Shown: positions 14,390 through 26,700 of the stretch, one piece after another
How the letters are laid out: each line of letters begins with the position of its first letter
How positions within the stretch are numbered: position 1 is the stretch's first letter
Virus record (IMG/VR): IMGVR_UViG_3300047561_001367
Location: 1-64,000 of that record
Length of the DNA stretch: 64,000 nt
Strand: one strand, 5' to 3'
Source of the DNA: a virus
Taxonomy: Duplodnaviria > Caudoviricetes
Translations under genes and position numbers: made by a program
Notes under the pieces: model-generated
Databases searched by the model: none
Told to the model about the DNA's origin: nothing
The model's input: the letters and a program-made list of their open reading frames with translations, nothing else

Positions 14390-16278
14390 GAAATCAAAAA
14401 AAATCTAAGCCATTAGCTAACGTTAATCAAGAATTACTCGACTTAAAAGGCGACTTGACTGATGAAGAGGCTAGAATTAGTCTTGCCAAATTTTTAAGAT
14501 ACAATCTTGGTTTTACTACAGAGTTATCATTAGGTTTAACATTAGAAGCCTATCAAGAATTAACACTTAATTCTTTTTTTAATAGGAATTATTGTATGTT
14601 AGTATGGGGTCGTGGTGGCGCAAAAAGTTTTTGTGCTGCAATCTATTGTATTCTTAAATGCATGTTAGAACCTGGAACTAAAATACTTATTGCGTCTATT
14701 AACTTTCGTACCAGTCGTCGTGTTTTTAATGAAATCGAAAAGTTTTTAATGTCACCAGAAGCGGCGCTTGCTAGACAATGCTTTGGTTTAAAAAGTAAGC
14801 GTAATGACCAGTACGAATGGCAAATTAATGGTGGAAGTATTACAGCTATTCCGTTAACTGGTGAAAAAATTCGTGGTATCCGTGCTAACGTACTTATTTT
14901 AGACGAGTTTTTACTATTACCACCAGATATTATTGATAATGTTCTTATTCCGTTCTTAAGTTCACCAAGGGACGTAGGAGAGCGTATTCGTATTAGAAAA
15001 TTAGAAGATGAATTAATGAAAAAAGGTTTATTACATCCTGACAATAGACATATATTTGAGAATACATCACAGATGTTATGTTTAAGTTCTGCTAGTTATA
15101 CTTTTGAACACTTATTTCGCGTCCATCAGCAATGGTCACACTTAGTAGAGAATCCAGATGAACAAGATTCTAAAGAGGGGGAACTTCCTGGAACCTATTT
15201 TATTTCACAATTAAGTTATGAGGCGCTACCACAACATATGGTAGATCAAGGCGCTATTCAAGTTGCTAAAAGTGGTGGGAGTTCCCACCATTCGTTTCTT
15301 CGTGAATATTGTGCGCGTTTTATTGATGGTGGTGATAGTTATTTTTCTCCTAAAAAAATGCACGCATGCACAATCCCAGATGGAGAGTATCCAACTACCA
15401 AGGTGATAGGTGATACAGATAAAAAATATATACTATCAGTCGATCCAAACTTTAGTTCCTCTAAAACTGCTGACTATTTTGCAATGAGCGTTATCGAGTT
15501 AGATGAGGATAAGAAGCAGGGGGTGCTTGTGCATGGTTATCAAGCTGCTGGATCTTCACTCCAAGACCATATCAAGTATTTTTATTATTTATATAAAAAC
15601 TTTAATATTGATTTGGTTGTAATTGACCATGCGGGTGCTGATACTTTTATAGATGCAGTTAATAACTCTGAATACATGAAAGCCGCTAATCGTAAAATTG
15701 GTTTTGTGGATTTCGACTCTGATAAAGAGAATGAAGATTACGTGAGTATGGTTAAAGACTGTGCTCGTCAGTATAATAAAGACTTCGGAACCATTTGTAT
15801 TAAACAATTCTTTACTTCTGCATTTTTGGGTAGGGCTAACTCGTATTTACAAACCTGTATTGATCACAAAAAGATTTGGTTTGCCTCGCGCGCGAGTAAC
15901 CATCCAGACATTCTTGAGAATATATTCTCTATGAACCTTCCTATGGAGTATATCTATCCCAAAGGTATCGGTGAAAAGGCTGATAACGAATACGAAACAA
16001 AAAAATTAACAGTAAGAGAGTTTATAGAGCAGCAAGACTTTATTATACAAGATACCAAAGATCAATGCGCCAACGTTGAAGTAACTACTACCTCAAGGGG
16101 AACACAAAGTTTTGACTTACCCTCACATTTAAGAAAATCGACTAGTATTAATCGTGCCAGAAAAGATAATTATACAACTCTTATGTTAGCAAATTGGGGA
16201 GTTAAAATTTATTTTGATATAATGGCCCCAGAGAATTGGTTAAAGAAAAATACAGAATTCGTTGCCGAACTTATCTAA
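14374..16278 (+). CDS. terL: terminase large subunit
   Basis: Walker A GRGGAKS, Walker B LILDE, LSSA coupling motif, REY.A.F, RNase H-like SVDP and terminal KD.Y. Confidence 0.93.
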   Translation: MALIVGNQKKSKPLANVNQELLDLKGDLTDEEARISLAKFLRYNLGFTTELSLGLTLEAYQELTLNSFFNRNYCMLVWGRGGAKSFCAAIYCILKCMLEPGTKILIASINFRTSRRVFNEIEKFLMSPEAALARQCFGLKSKRNDQYEWQINGGSITAIPLTGEKIRGIRANVLILDEFLLLPPDIIDNVLIPFLSSPRDVGERIRIRKLEDELMKKGLLHPDNRHIFENTSQMLCLSSASYTFEHLFRVHQQWSHLVENPDEQDSKEGELPGTYFISQLSYEALPQHMVDQGAIQVAKSGGSSHHSFLREYCARFIDGGDSYFSPKKMHACTIPDGEYPTTKVIGDTDKKYILSVDPNFSSSKTADYFAMSVIELDEDKKQGVLVHGYQAAGSSLQDHIKYFYYLYKNFNIDLVVIDHAGADTFIDAVNNSEYMKAANRKIGFVDFDSDKENEDYVSMVKDCARQYNKDFGTICIKQFFTSAFLGRANSYLQTCIDHKKIWFASRASNHPDILENIFSMNLPMEYIYPKGIGEKADNEYETKKLTVREFIEQQDFIIQDTKDQCANVEVTTTSRGTQSFDLPSHLRKSTSINRARKDNYTTLMLANWGVKIYFDIMAPENWLKKNTEFVAELI

Positions 16279-16317
16279 TAAATAAGATTTTGGTGTAATA
16301 AACTATTATAATAATTT

Positions 16318-18282
16318 ATGGCAAGAAATAATAAAAATCTTAAATTTCCGGAACCAGAGGTAATTCAAGGATCAATAGGGTCAAAAGACAGTATAGAAAT
16401 TAAAGCTAGTCGTAGTGAAGCAAATACCTCTGTAAGAAGAAATCGTTCGTCTACTTTATCTAGAACAGATAAATATCATAATATTGAAGGTGGCGTAATT
16501 CCTTTTATTTATGGTGGCGGTGCTGGTAAATATAGTTCAAATATTAGTATTCGTGACACTATCATTCTTTGTCAGAAGGCTTATTATAATTTTTCAATTT
16601 TTAGAAATACAATTGATTTAATGACCGAATTTAGTTGTTCTCCTATTTATTTTACAGGTGGGAACGAGCAGTCTCGGAAGTTTTTCCAAGCATGGAGCGA
16701 TAGAATTAATCTTTGGAAATTACAGGACATGTTCTTTCGTGAGTTTTATAGAAGCGGAAATGTATTTCTATATAAATTAAACGCAGAATTCACTAAACAG
16801 GACATGCGTATTATTTCCGATTTAATTACAACAGAAGCTCGCGTAGGAGAAATCCCAATTAGATATATTATATTAAATCCATCTGATATTCAAGCGATTG
16901 GATCCGCATCATTTATTACCCCGCGTTATGTAAAGATTCTTAATGACTTTGAAATGCAAATTCTTACTAACCCTCAGACAGAACAGGATAAAGAATTATC
17001 AACTAGGGTTAAGAATATTAAAGATTTACAGGATAAAAGTAATATTAGCATGACTAACCAGTATATGGTTTTTGAATTGCAACCTGAAAAATTTGTTCCT
17101 ATATTTTATAAGAAACAGGATTATGAACCATTTAGCGTACCCATGGGTTTTCCAGTTTTAGAAGATATTAATTGGAAGCAGGAGCTAAAAAATATGGATA
17201 TGGCTATTAGCCGTACAATTCAGCAAACAGTTCTTCTTGTGACTATGGGTAATGATGAAGTTGGTATGCCAACTAAAGAACAGATTACTACATTACGTAA
17301 AATATTTGAAAATGAAAGTGTGGGGCGTGTTTTAGTTACTGATTATACTACTAATATTAAATTCATTATACCAGAAATCGGTCAGATATTAGATCCTAGA
17401 AAATATGAAGTTGTTGATCGTGATATTCGTTACGGTTTAAATAACGTACTATTTGGTGAAGAAAAATACGCTAATACAACTACCAAAATCGAAGTATTTC
17501 TCTCGCGTTTAAAACACGCGCGCGAGACTTTTATGAATGATTTTATTTTACCAGAAATGAAACTTATTGCTAAGAATTTAGGGTTTAAAAATCTTCCTAC
17601 CCCTAGATTTAAAGATGCTGATTTCAAAAGTGACGCTAGTTTGACTAGGATATATACTAGATTAATTGAGTTAGGCGTATTGACTCCAGAAGAAGGTCTT
17701 ACCGCAATAGATACTGGGCGTTTACCGCTTCCGGAAGAGAGTATTGAGTCTCAAAAAGAATTTATTAAATTACAAGATGAGGATAAATTGTATCGTCCAC
17801 TATTAAATAAACCTCCAGGAACTCCTGGCGGTCCACCAATGCCACCTAAACCCACTCCAGCGCCAAATGCTGGAATTTCTGGCCCAACTGGGCGACCAGC
17901 GGGAACTGGTAGCCCACAAACTAGTAAGCAACCAAGAAAACTTGGAAAAATCAATGCTTCAGAAGAAAATACTAAAGTAAGTGCAGATCTAGTAGCTAAA
18001 AATTTAATTAAATTTGATAATTTGGTAGAGTCTGTAGAGACACATTTAAAAGAAAAATATAAAAGAAAAAATTTGTCAAAAGAACAGCGTGAAATTATTC
18101 AGACTGTAGCTGAAACCATTGCTACGAATGAAAATCCGCAAAATTGGATTAATAAAATTGAAAATTATATTAACAAACCCGTCGAAATGACTGTAAGTAT
18201 GAATGATATTACAATGATTGCAGAGGAATATGGTACGGACTATAAGACTGCACTTCTTTTATATCATAGCAGAATGGAATAA
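16318..18282 (+). CDS. portal protein
   Basis: Follows terL; size and the FFREFYRSGNVF..RYIILNP pattern; Pro-rich C-terminal linker. Confidence 0.85.
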   Translation: MARNNKNLKFPEPEVIQGSIGSKDSIEIKASRSEANTSVRRNRSSTLSRTDKYHNIEGGVIPFIYGGGAGKYSSNISIRDTIILCQKAYYNFSIFRNTIDLMTEFSCSPIYFTGGNEQSRKFFQAWSDRINLWKLQDMFFREFYRSGNVFLYKLNAEFTKQDMRIISDLITTEARVGEIPIRYIILNPSDIQAIGSASFITPRYVKILNDFEMQILTNPQTEQDKELSTRVKNIKDLQDKSNISMTNQYMVFELQPEKFVPIFYKKQDYEPFSVPMGFPVLEDINWKQELKNMDMAISRTIQQTVLLVTMGNDEVGMPTKEQITTLRKIFENESVGRVLVTDYTTNIKFIIPEIGQILDPRKYEVVDRDIRYGLNNVLFGEEKYANTTTKIEVFLSRLKHARETFMNDFILPEMKLIAKNLGFKNLPTPRFKDADFKSDASLTRIYTRLIELGVLTPEEGLTAIDTGRLPLPEESIESQKEFIKLQDEDKLYRPLLNKPPGTPGGPPMPPKPTPAPNAGISGPTGRPAGTGSPQTSKQPRKLGKINASEENTKVSADLVAKNLIKFDNLVESVETHLKEKYKRKNLSKEQREIIQTVAETIATNENPQNWINKIENYINKPVEMTVSMNDITMIAEEYGTDYKTALLLYHSRME

Positions 18283-18285
18283 GGT

Positions 18286-19158
18286 ATGTCAAGAAGTTTA
18301 ATACGTAAAAATCAGTTACATCCTGATATTGCCGATCTTGTCGGTCAATATGGCAGTGGATTTTTTCAGTCGCCATTTCAGTCCGTATTATTAACAGGAA
18401 ACCAGACTATAGATGATATTAAAAATTTCAGTAGTAGGCCTACTTTTAATGGTGTGGGGCTAGCAACTACTGGAGATACTAATATAACGACTATTAGTAA
18501 TTTAAAGAATGGTCAAGATGTTGTAACTTTTTTAAATAATACATATTTTCCTATTACACAAGCTTCAATTTCTTTAAATGGGTATTCTTTACAACAATTA
18601 GGGACAACACTTAATCCGATATATTTTGTAGGCAGTATAACAACGGGTGATGCGACAATAAGAGACTTAAAATATAAAATAAGTGGAAATCAAGTTGGAA
18701 ATACGGTAGATAACCCATTAACTACTTTTAATATAGGAATAGGGCAACCAATTGGTAATACTACACAAGTTTCAGTAGAAGTTAGTTCTATAATTAATGC
18801 TGTATCAACAACTGCATCTGCTTCACAATCAATTCAATTTGAAGCTCCACATTATTATGGCGTAGGTGCTATAAATTTATCACCATCTCAAATTACTGGA
18901 ACTCTTACAAAAGGCTTATCTTTAAAATATAATCCAACAATTACTTTTACAACGAATGATACTTATATGTATTTTGCATATCCTAATACTTGGGGAAATT
19001 TATCTTCAATAAAAGATGCTAATAATTTTTCACAAAAAGAAAACTTTATTAAAACAACCATTAATCTTCCATTAATAAATTCTACCGACTATTCTTATAA
19101 TATATATAAATTTAATACACCTACATTCGGTACTTATATAATTACCTTTTCTTTTTAA
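18286..19158 (+). CDS. virion structural/fibre-associated protein
   Basis: TGNQTI..IKNF..RPT.NG motif; C-terminal beta domain shared with the next gene. Confidence 0.65.
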   Translation: MSRSLIRKNQLHPDIADLVGQYGSGFFQSPFQSVLLTGNQTIDDIKNFSSRPTFNGVGLATTGDTNITTISNLKNGQDVVTFLNNTYFPITQASISLNGYSLQQLGTTLNPIYFVGSITTGDATIRDLKYKISGNQVGNTVDNPLTTFNIGIGQPIGNTTQVSVEVSSIINAVSTTASASQSIQFEAPHYYGVGAINLSPSQITGTLTKGLSLKYNPTITFTTNDTYMYFAYPNTWGNLSSIKDANNFSQKENFIKTTINLPLINSTDYSYNIYKFNTPTFGTYIITFSF

Positions 19159-19161
19159 TTT

Positions 19162-22100
19162 ATGGCTATTGATATTCCTTCAAATTTTAATCTCGGAGCT
19201 AGACTTCCTCTAGATGCACGATATATAGTTAATACTTATAGTGAGCTTACCGGAAGTTCAATCAAATATTCTGGAATGCAAGGGTACGTAGTTCAAGATA
19301 AAAAGATTTATTATTTAGAAAATTTAGATACGAATAATTGGGTAGAAGTAGGCGCTGGAGCTGGTAATTCGGTTTATACTACTGGTAATCAATCAATAGG
19401 TGGTATAAAAAATTTCAATGGAACCTTGCAATATGATGGAAATATGGTCGCAACAATTACTGACCTAAACGATTATTTATCAAATAGCAACGCATCTACC
19501 ACATACGCAACAATTATTAATTTACAAAATACCGGTAGTACTTTATATACAAAAATAGATAATTTGAGTGGTTATGTCGTTGGTATTACTGGTACATTTG
19601 GCGCAAACGTTAACGCTCTTAATACTAATGCTGTATTAAAAACTGGTAATCAGGGCATTAGTGGAATTAAAACTTTTGAAAAAGTTTCTCTTGATTCGAC
19701 TTTAACATTAAATAATACCGGAACTTTTCTTAAAGATCGTTATGATAGTATAGCTGAAATTGGAGATTATGGCGGTGGATTATTTTATAATTTTGAAAAA
19801 GGTTTTATAGATGTATATCCCGATATCATTAACGGTTTAATACCCTCTCTAAAAGGAAATTTTGATATAATCACAGGTTATGGTCGAAATGCTGGTTCTG
19901 CCACAATTAATAAATTGGGAAATGTGATGATTACATATGGATATACTCATTCTCCAACAGATACGACTTCAGATAAAACATTCGTTAGAATTTATACAAA
20001 GTCAAATGATAAAAATTCATTTGAATTAAAACAAACTATTACTGGAGATTATTTTACTGATTTGAGAGGGTTCGGGCGTGCGGCTTATGGGCCATATTTC
20101 GGCGCACATGTTTCAACTAGTGCTAGTGGAAATATTTTAGCTATAAGCGAACTTTTTAGCCCAAGTCCGTATAATAATTTATTATCAAGTGGCGCTGTTT
20201 ATATTTATACCGGAAATACTGGCAATGGTTGGAGTCTAAAACAAAAAATATTCACGCCAATTTCTGGAAAAGATTTATCTTCGATGGAAATGTCGGAGAA
20301 TGGAGACGTATTTATAGTTTCCAATAGAAATTATTATGGAGATTATTTTGGACAAGGTATCGCATATGTTTATACTGGAAATACTTCCGATAGTTGGAGT
20401 CTAAAACAAACTTTAAATAATTTTAATAATCAACTTATGAGTGGTTATTATTTTGGTACATCAATTTCTATAGCTAATAGTGGAAAGGTATTTGCGATTG
20501 GAGTCCCAAATGCTGATAACAACTCAGTTGATATTAATGGTGGTGCAGTTGTTCTATATACTGGTAACAAAACTGATGGATGGAATATAGCGCAAAGAAT
20601 TTTGGGTACTGGTATTGATAGATTTTTAGGACAAGTAGTAAAACTAAATACTGATGGAGATATTTTAGCGACTAATTGGACTTCGGGATGGGGAGTAAAT
20701 AATAGAACAGTAAATGGAAATATAAACATATATACTGGTGATCAAAATAAAAACTATAATTTAAAACAAATTTTAGATGGATATTATCTTGGCTCAGAAA
20801 ATAATTCTACTTACTACCCTTCATTTGGAGGAAAATTCGAATTTGCTAATAGCGGGAATACCTTGATTACGAATCATAATGCTAAAATTTTTAAATATAA
20901 TTATTTAGGAAATTTAGAAGGTATTGATTGGAATATAGTTTCTATTTTTACTGGTACAAAAAATAATCCTTATAAATTCAGAGATTATATATCAAGTTAT
21001 GGTAATAAATATTCGTATGGAGATACGCAACTTAATGTTCAAGGCGTTAGTGAAAATGCTAAAACCTTAGTGGTTTCAAATAATTTCGGTGCTAATCCCG
21101 ATGATTCAGCTCAACTTTATATTTTTAATCAAACAGCTTATAATAATATTAATTTTAGCAGACCGCCGAGCGTAAACGGTGTTCAAATGTTAACTAAAGG
21201 CGATATGCCTTTAAAACAACAAATCGTAGATACTATTAGTTCGCAATCGATCAGTGGTAATAAAAATTTTGTAGTTCAACCCACTTATAATGGAGAAAAA
21301 TTAGCGGTATTAAGCGGAACTAAAATTCCATCATCTTATATACCGTCTAATATTAATTTTAATATAAAACAAATCTTTTTGACAACAAGTGGCTTATCTG
21401 ATAAAAATAAAGATTATTTTAGTTTAGAAAATCTTTATGATGAATTATCTGAATTTGATTTAAATTTAATAAGTAGTTTTCCTTATTTTCCTTATAATAA
21501 ATATATTATTAATGTAGGGGCTTATAATAATACTGGAAATACTATTGCATTAAGATTTGATCCAACTCCACCAACTGGATCTCAAATAATTATTAAAAAT
21601 TATTGTCCACAAAATAATCTTTCTCTAGGTTTAACTGGTGTGAGCGGTATTAGAGTTATTATTCCTAAATATACAGGTGAGGCAAATCAAATTGATAATG
21701 ATAATTTAATTAATATTCCTTACGGTGATTTTATAAATTTAACAACTACAGGCCAAGAATTTTCAATTATTCGTGGTATAGATAATAATGGAATAGCATC
21801 TTTTTATAAAGATAACTGGCCAAATTATGAAATTACACAAGCAGGTGAAACACTTTTTAATGGTAATAGAGCAATTAAACGTGATGGACAATTCAAAGGA
21901 ATTAATCCTGGCGGCACTACAATATCAGAATTTTTAAATAATTTATTCTATCCATTTGTATCAGCATCGATGTCACTATCTATAACTCCAAATGATTTAC
22001 GAGAGAAGGGTACTAACATCACAAGTATTACATTTGGTGGTTCAATAAATACAGGGGATGAGTCTATAGGCAATATAACCAATTTATTATATAAAATAAC

Positions 22101-22587
22101 TGGAAATACAGTAAATACGGTAGCTGCTCCAACTACTAATAATTTATCTTATACTGCTACGCCGCCGATACCTATTACAGGTAATGCAATAATATCAGTA
22201 GAAGCTACAGCTGCAAACAATGGAACGCCAATACCAATTTCAAGTTCGCAAAATATTTATTTTGAAGCACCTTATTATTGGGGAGCAGGCGCTGCAAATT
22301 TAACGGTCGATAGTATTAAAAATCTGATTAAAGTATTAACATCCCAACCTAGTTCAATAACACAATCTTTTACAAGTAATAATAATTATTTTTATTTAGC
22401 TTACCCATCTAATTGGGGACCTTTAGCTTCTATTAAAGACTCTAGTAACTTATCATTACTTTCAGATTTTATACCATCAACGAATAATACATTCACTTTA
22501 ATTAATGGATCTATTTATCCTTATTATATATATGTATTTAATAAAACATCAACTATTACTAGTTACCCTATAACTTTTACTTTTTAA
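19162..22587 (+). CDS. large fibre/adhesin protein with FG-GAP-like beta-propeller repeats
   Basis: Repeated FG.S...S.SG..LAI....GAVYIYTG....W.LKQ. Confidence 0.7.
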   Translation: MAIDIPSNFNLGARLPLDARYIVNTYSELTGSSIKYSGMQGYVVQDKKIYYLENLDTNNWVEVGAGAGNSVYTTGNQSIGGIKNFNGTLQYDGNMVATITDLNDYLSNSNASTTYATIINLQNTGSTLYTKIDNLSGYVVGITGTFGANVNALNTNAVLKTGNQGISGIKTFEKVSLDSTLTLNNTGTFLKDRYDSIAEIGDYGGGLFYNFEKGFIDVYPDIINGLIPSLKGNFDIITGYGRNAGSATINKLGNVMITYGYTHSPTDTTSDKTFVRIYTKSNDKNSFELKQTITGDYFTDLRGFGRAAYGPYFGAHVSTSASGNILAISELFSPSPYNNLLSSGAVYIYTGNTGNGWSLKQKIFTPISGKDLSSMEMSENGDVFIVSNRNYYGDYFGQGIAYVYTGNTSDSWSLKQTLNNFNNQLMSGYYFGTSISIANSGKVFAIGVPNADNNSVDINGGAVVLYTGNKTDGWNIAQRILGTGIDRFLGQVVKLNTDGDILATNWTSGWGVNNRTVNGNINIYTGDQNKNYNLKQILDGYYLGSENNSTYYPSFGGKFEFANSGNTLITNHNAKIFKYNYLGNLEGIDWNIVSIFTGTKNNPYKFRDYISSYGNKYSYGDTQLNVQGVSENAKTLVVSNNFGANPDDSAQLYIFNQTAYNNINFSRPPSVNGVQMLTKGDMPLKQQIVDTISSQSISGNKNFVVQPTYNGEKLAVLSGTKIPSSYIPSNINFNIKQIFLTTSGLSDKNKDYFSLENLYDELSEFDLNLISSFPYFPYNKYIINVGAYNNTGNTIALRFDPTPPTGSQIIIKNYCPQNNLSLGLTGVSGIRVIIPKYTGEANQIDNDNLINIPYGDFINLTTTGQEFSIIRGIDNNGIASFYKDNWPNYEITQAGETLFNGNRAIKRDGQFKGINPGGTTISEFLNNLFYPFVSASMSLSITPNDLREKGTNITSITFGGSINTGDESIGNITNLLYKITGNTVNTVAAPTTNNLSYTATPPIPITGNAIISVEATAANNGTPIPISSSQNIYFEAPYYWGAGAANLTVDSIKNLIKVLTSQPSSITQSFTSNNNYFYLAYPSNWGPLASIKDSSNLSLLSDFIPSTNNTFTLINGSIYPYYIYVFNKTSTITSYPITFTF

Positions 22588-22590
22588 TAT

Positions 22591-23088
22591 ATGGCTATCC
22601 CTCTTCCAACAAATTTTAATATTAAAACTCAATCTCCTATAGATAGTAGATATCTGACTGGGACTTATAGTCAACTTTCAAATATTGAAAATCAATATAG
22701 TGGAATGCAAGTTTATGCCACGGGCGACAAAAAATTATACTATTTAAAAGAAAATAATACATGGTCTACCGTGTTAACTGATAAAGTAGATATTAATGAG
22801 ATTACAGAGAATTTTGTATTTGAATCTGGATGGAATTCTAAACTACTAAAAATTAATACCGCCATACTTATTACTGGGGTAGTCCCAAGTGGACTCCCAC
22901 TCGGTTATAATGTTGCTTTTGCTCAAATGGGCAATGGGGCTTTATACATTACGGGCAGTGGATTATACCCAAATCAGGTAAAAATTAATCAAAGAAATAG
23001 TTTTAATAAAACCGCTGGTAAATTTGCAGTGGCATCTTTATTAAATTATTATACAGACCAATATTTACTATATGGAGATCTTGCCTAA
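22591..23088 (+). CDS. structural protein, N-terminus paralogous to 19162
   Basis: MAI..P.NFN....P.D.RY...YSGMQ.Y...DKK.YYL is shared. Confidence 0.7.
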   Translation: MAIPLPTNFNIKTQSPIDSRYLTGTYSQLSNIENQYSGMQVYATGDKKLYYLKENNTWSTVLTDKVDINEITENFVFESGWNSKLLKINTAILITGVVPSGLPLGYNVAFAQMGNGALYITGSGLYPNQVKINQRNSFNKTAGKFAVASLLNYYTDQYLLYGDLA

Positions 23089-23093
23089 TATTT

Positions 23094-23303
23094 ATGTTTA
23101 ATAATTACGCTGCACACGCTGGAATTTTAAGTAATAATTTAATTTTAAATAAATTTTGGGATTTTACGAACCCCGCTGGTAAGTTATTAACTAATTTTAA
23201 AGTGATTTATAATGGCGGTCCAACCGTTACTGTAAATTGGGGCGATAATACGTCAGAAGAGGATTTAACCTCTAATACGCCAGTTTCTCATACGTTTCAA
23301 TAA
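23094..23303 (+). CDS. small protein with PKD-like fragment
   Basis: TVNWGDNT......VSHTF motif. Confidence 0.6.
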   Translation: MFNNYAAHAGILSNNLILNKFWDFTNPAGKLLTNFKVIYNGGPTVTVNWGDNTSEEDLTSNTPVSHTFQ

Positions 23304-23353
23304 TAAATATTGAATACTATACTATGATTAATGTGTAATTATAGATTAATTAT

Positions 23354-23701
23354 ATGAGGCCTGCTACTTACAATCTACCTACTGGCTACCGTGGCGACAG
23401 TTATGGACCTATTACTTTTCGTTTTTATAATAGATCGGGAGATAGTATTAATTTAGATGGGTATTCTGGGGGATTACAGGTAAGACAGGCTCAAGATTTG
23501 CCAGTAGTTTTACAATGGTTAAGTAGTGATTATTCAATGGTTGTTGAGAGTAATACGGTAACATTAACCACTAAGTCTGGACATTGTATGCGAATGATGC
23601 CTGGAAATTATTATTATGATATGCAATTAAATTCTGGCTCTATAAGTAAAACTTATATAAAGGGTACTTTACCAATTGAGGGGGATATAACACAACTATA
23701 A
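23354..23701 (+). CDS. BppU-N-like Ig-fold virion adaptor
   Basis: RGDS..., PG.YYYD.Q......TY..G......IT pattern. Confidence 0.6.
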   Translation: MRPATYNLPTGYRGDSYGPITFRFYNRSGDSINLDGYSGGLQVRQAQDLPVVLQWLSSDYSMVVESNTVTLTTKSGHCMRMMPGNYYYDMQLNSGSISKTYIKGTLPIEGDITQL

Positions 23702-23702
23702 T

Positions 23703-26700
23703 ATGTCAGATGATATAACAATTCAAGTAGAGTTAGAGAATCAAGATGTTTACATCGATGTTATTCAAGAGGGTGGGAATGGGGGGAACATTGATACTTC
23801 GGCTTTTTACTTAAAAAGTAACCCTAGCGGATTTATTACGGGCGTAGACCTTTCTAATTTTTATACGAACGATAACCCTAGCGGATTTATTACGGGCGTA
23901 GATTTATCAAATTATAATCTTCTTTATACAACAGGAAATCAAATTAAAAGTGGTCGTTTAATAATTGGTAATGATGCTATTAGCATCGTAGATCCAAACT
24001 CTCAATATACATTAAGTCTTCAAACAAATAGCCCAGCCACATGGTTAGAAATTTTAAATAATAGTGGCGCTAATAAAGGAGTATTTTTTGGAATAGACAC
24101 CAATGATTTTGAACAATATAATTGGCAAGGTGGAGATATAAAATTCTTTACTTCTGAAAATCCTAGCGATGGAACAGTAAGATTAACAATTAAAAATGAT
24201 GGTAAAGTTGGTATTGGTACTAGTTATCCATCTGAAAAATTAGAAGTAGCGGGAAATATAAAAGTAAGTAATACTGGTTTTTTTGTCGGTGTAATCAAAA
24301 CGGATTCAATTGTTAGTATTCAGAATAATATAAATTTAGGCGCATATTATTTTAATTCTGGAGAAGGTACTTACAGACCCCCATTTAATACTGGTGAAAT
24401 TGTTTTTGTAAATCACTTTTCTGGAAGTTCATATTATAATCCAGATTTATTTGGTTCCAGCGCACAAGAAGAGATTATTATAGTAGAAGGTATTATTGAT
24501 ACCAATGAAGAGATAAGAATGGATCCCTATTATACTGGTATTTTCCCATGTAAATGGAGTGATCTAAATGGCATTTATGTAAAAACATCAGTAGCAGTAA
24601 CCCCGTCAATTACCGAGCCTAGTTGGTTAAGCGGTCTTGGAATGCACAATCCAGAAAGTGGAACTTTTAATTATTATTTTAAATCAGATCTGGACACAGA
24701 ATTAGATGGTATATCATATTTTCTTGCGCCAGGTAATAAGGCTGGATGGGGTCCAGACCCAGATGAGGATGCTCTGACTGATACGGCCGTAAATTACTGG
24801 AGATTATGTTCATTAGCTGATTATCCATCGATATTTTTTACAAATCCAAGTACAGATCCTTACACATTTCCATTAGAAGGATGGGTTCCTGTTGATCCAG
24901 GGGCGACACCACCAGAAAATCAAGGTAGCGAATATTTATCTAATTATGATGGGGGATTTGAAGTAAGTAGCTCTACTTACTCTCCAAGCGGAAGTTATGC
25001 TCTTTATATAAATACATTTAATTCGAATGCAGAAAATAATTATGAAGGCCTTTCAGTTCTTACTGGCGCTGATGTTATATTTTCTTTAGAACAGAACGGC
25101 TATAGAGCTGTTTATAAAACTAATAGCGGTTCCTTTAACTATGCTGATTTTGGAGTTGGTATTATTTTCCATGATATGACTTATGGATATTCCCAGCCAT
25201 TAACACTAATTAAAGGCGCTGGTGTAGAATTTACAAGTGGCGATCCTGTTTATGTTATACTTGGAAGCGGTAATCAGGCTAATAATTTTTCAATTACAAG
25301 TGGTAATGCAATTTTTGGGGGAAATTTACAGAGCAATACGGCTACTTTTATAGATGGCATCAAAGTTAAAAACTATATAGAAGGTGGTGGATATGGAGAA
25401 TTAAGTCAAAATTTAACCGATGGATTATTAGGTATTCAATATAGCGGATATTTTGATAATGATCCGCAATGGTTTAAAACAGCCGCCGTAAAACCAATAA
25501 TAAATGAAATAATTTTAACTGGATCATCGGAGAGCGAATTTAATGGTATATATACAAGAGCGGGTAGTATAGAAGAAAATCAAGGTGGCTATAATTATCA
25601 AGGTGATAATGGAGCTATTCTGACTTATTACTCATTAACACCTACAAATGAATCTTATTGGTATTTAAATTTAAACTTTAGTTATAATCCTTTAAATTCT
25701 AAATTTATATCATACGATTTAGAAACGTGGGGCCAAAATCCAGATGGCCCATACGGAAGTGTTCCCCCAACAACTACCATAACACAAACTCAAAATTTTG
25801 AAAATACTACTAATTTTGGTGTTGGTCGCGCGCTTGCGAACGGTACTTCATGGGAATGGGTTGGATATTTTAAACCAAAAAATACCGCAAATCATACTTT
25901 TGATATTTATGCTGACGAAAATGCCTATTTCTGGATTGGTAATAAAGCTTTGGATGGATATACAACAGGAAATGCAGACATATTTTCTGCTGCATATATT
26001 CAAGGTCAAATTACTGGTTTATCTTTAACGTCTGGAGTAAACTATCCAGTTAGAATTCAATGGGGTCATCCGGCGAACCCAACTGCTCTTGGTTTAGCTT
26101 TAAGTTATAATGATGGAATAAATGGTACTAATAATTTTAGTGGTGTATTTTTCCATGGATTAAACAAAAATGGTTTTTATTTAGATGGAGTTAGTGGTAA
26201 CGCTTATTTTGTTGGAAATGTTCAAGCTAATAGCGCGACTTTTAATGTGCGCCCAACAGTTAATGGTACTGGGGTTCTACTAAGTGGCGAAGCGACCAGC
26301 TTGCCAGATACAATTGTCTACACAACTGGTAATCAAATTATTAATGGTGAGAAAAATTTTAATGATGGCATTATTATTTCTAGTCAAGAGGGGGGGTATG
26401 CTAAATATACAACTCCATTTGATCCTGGTGGTGATGCATATTTTAGATTTGAGGCGGGTTATGGTGGAGGGCCTAAAGGCCTAAATATTCATCCAGGTTC
26501 CCAATATATAAGTTTTGATAATGGAGGTCCAACTTTGCAATTAGATGGGCAATCTATGGTTTTGCAATACGGGGATGGCATATTATTACTTAATGCAGAG
26601 CAATCTACAATTTCAAATAATTTCTCTTCGTACAAATTAAAAAGTGGGGTAAATGGCTATATACCTATAGACTATGAAGTAGTTTATAATACTGGTAATC

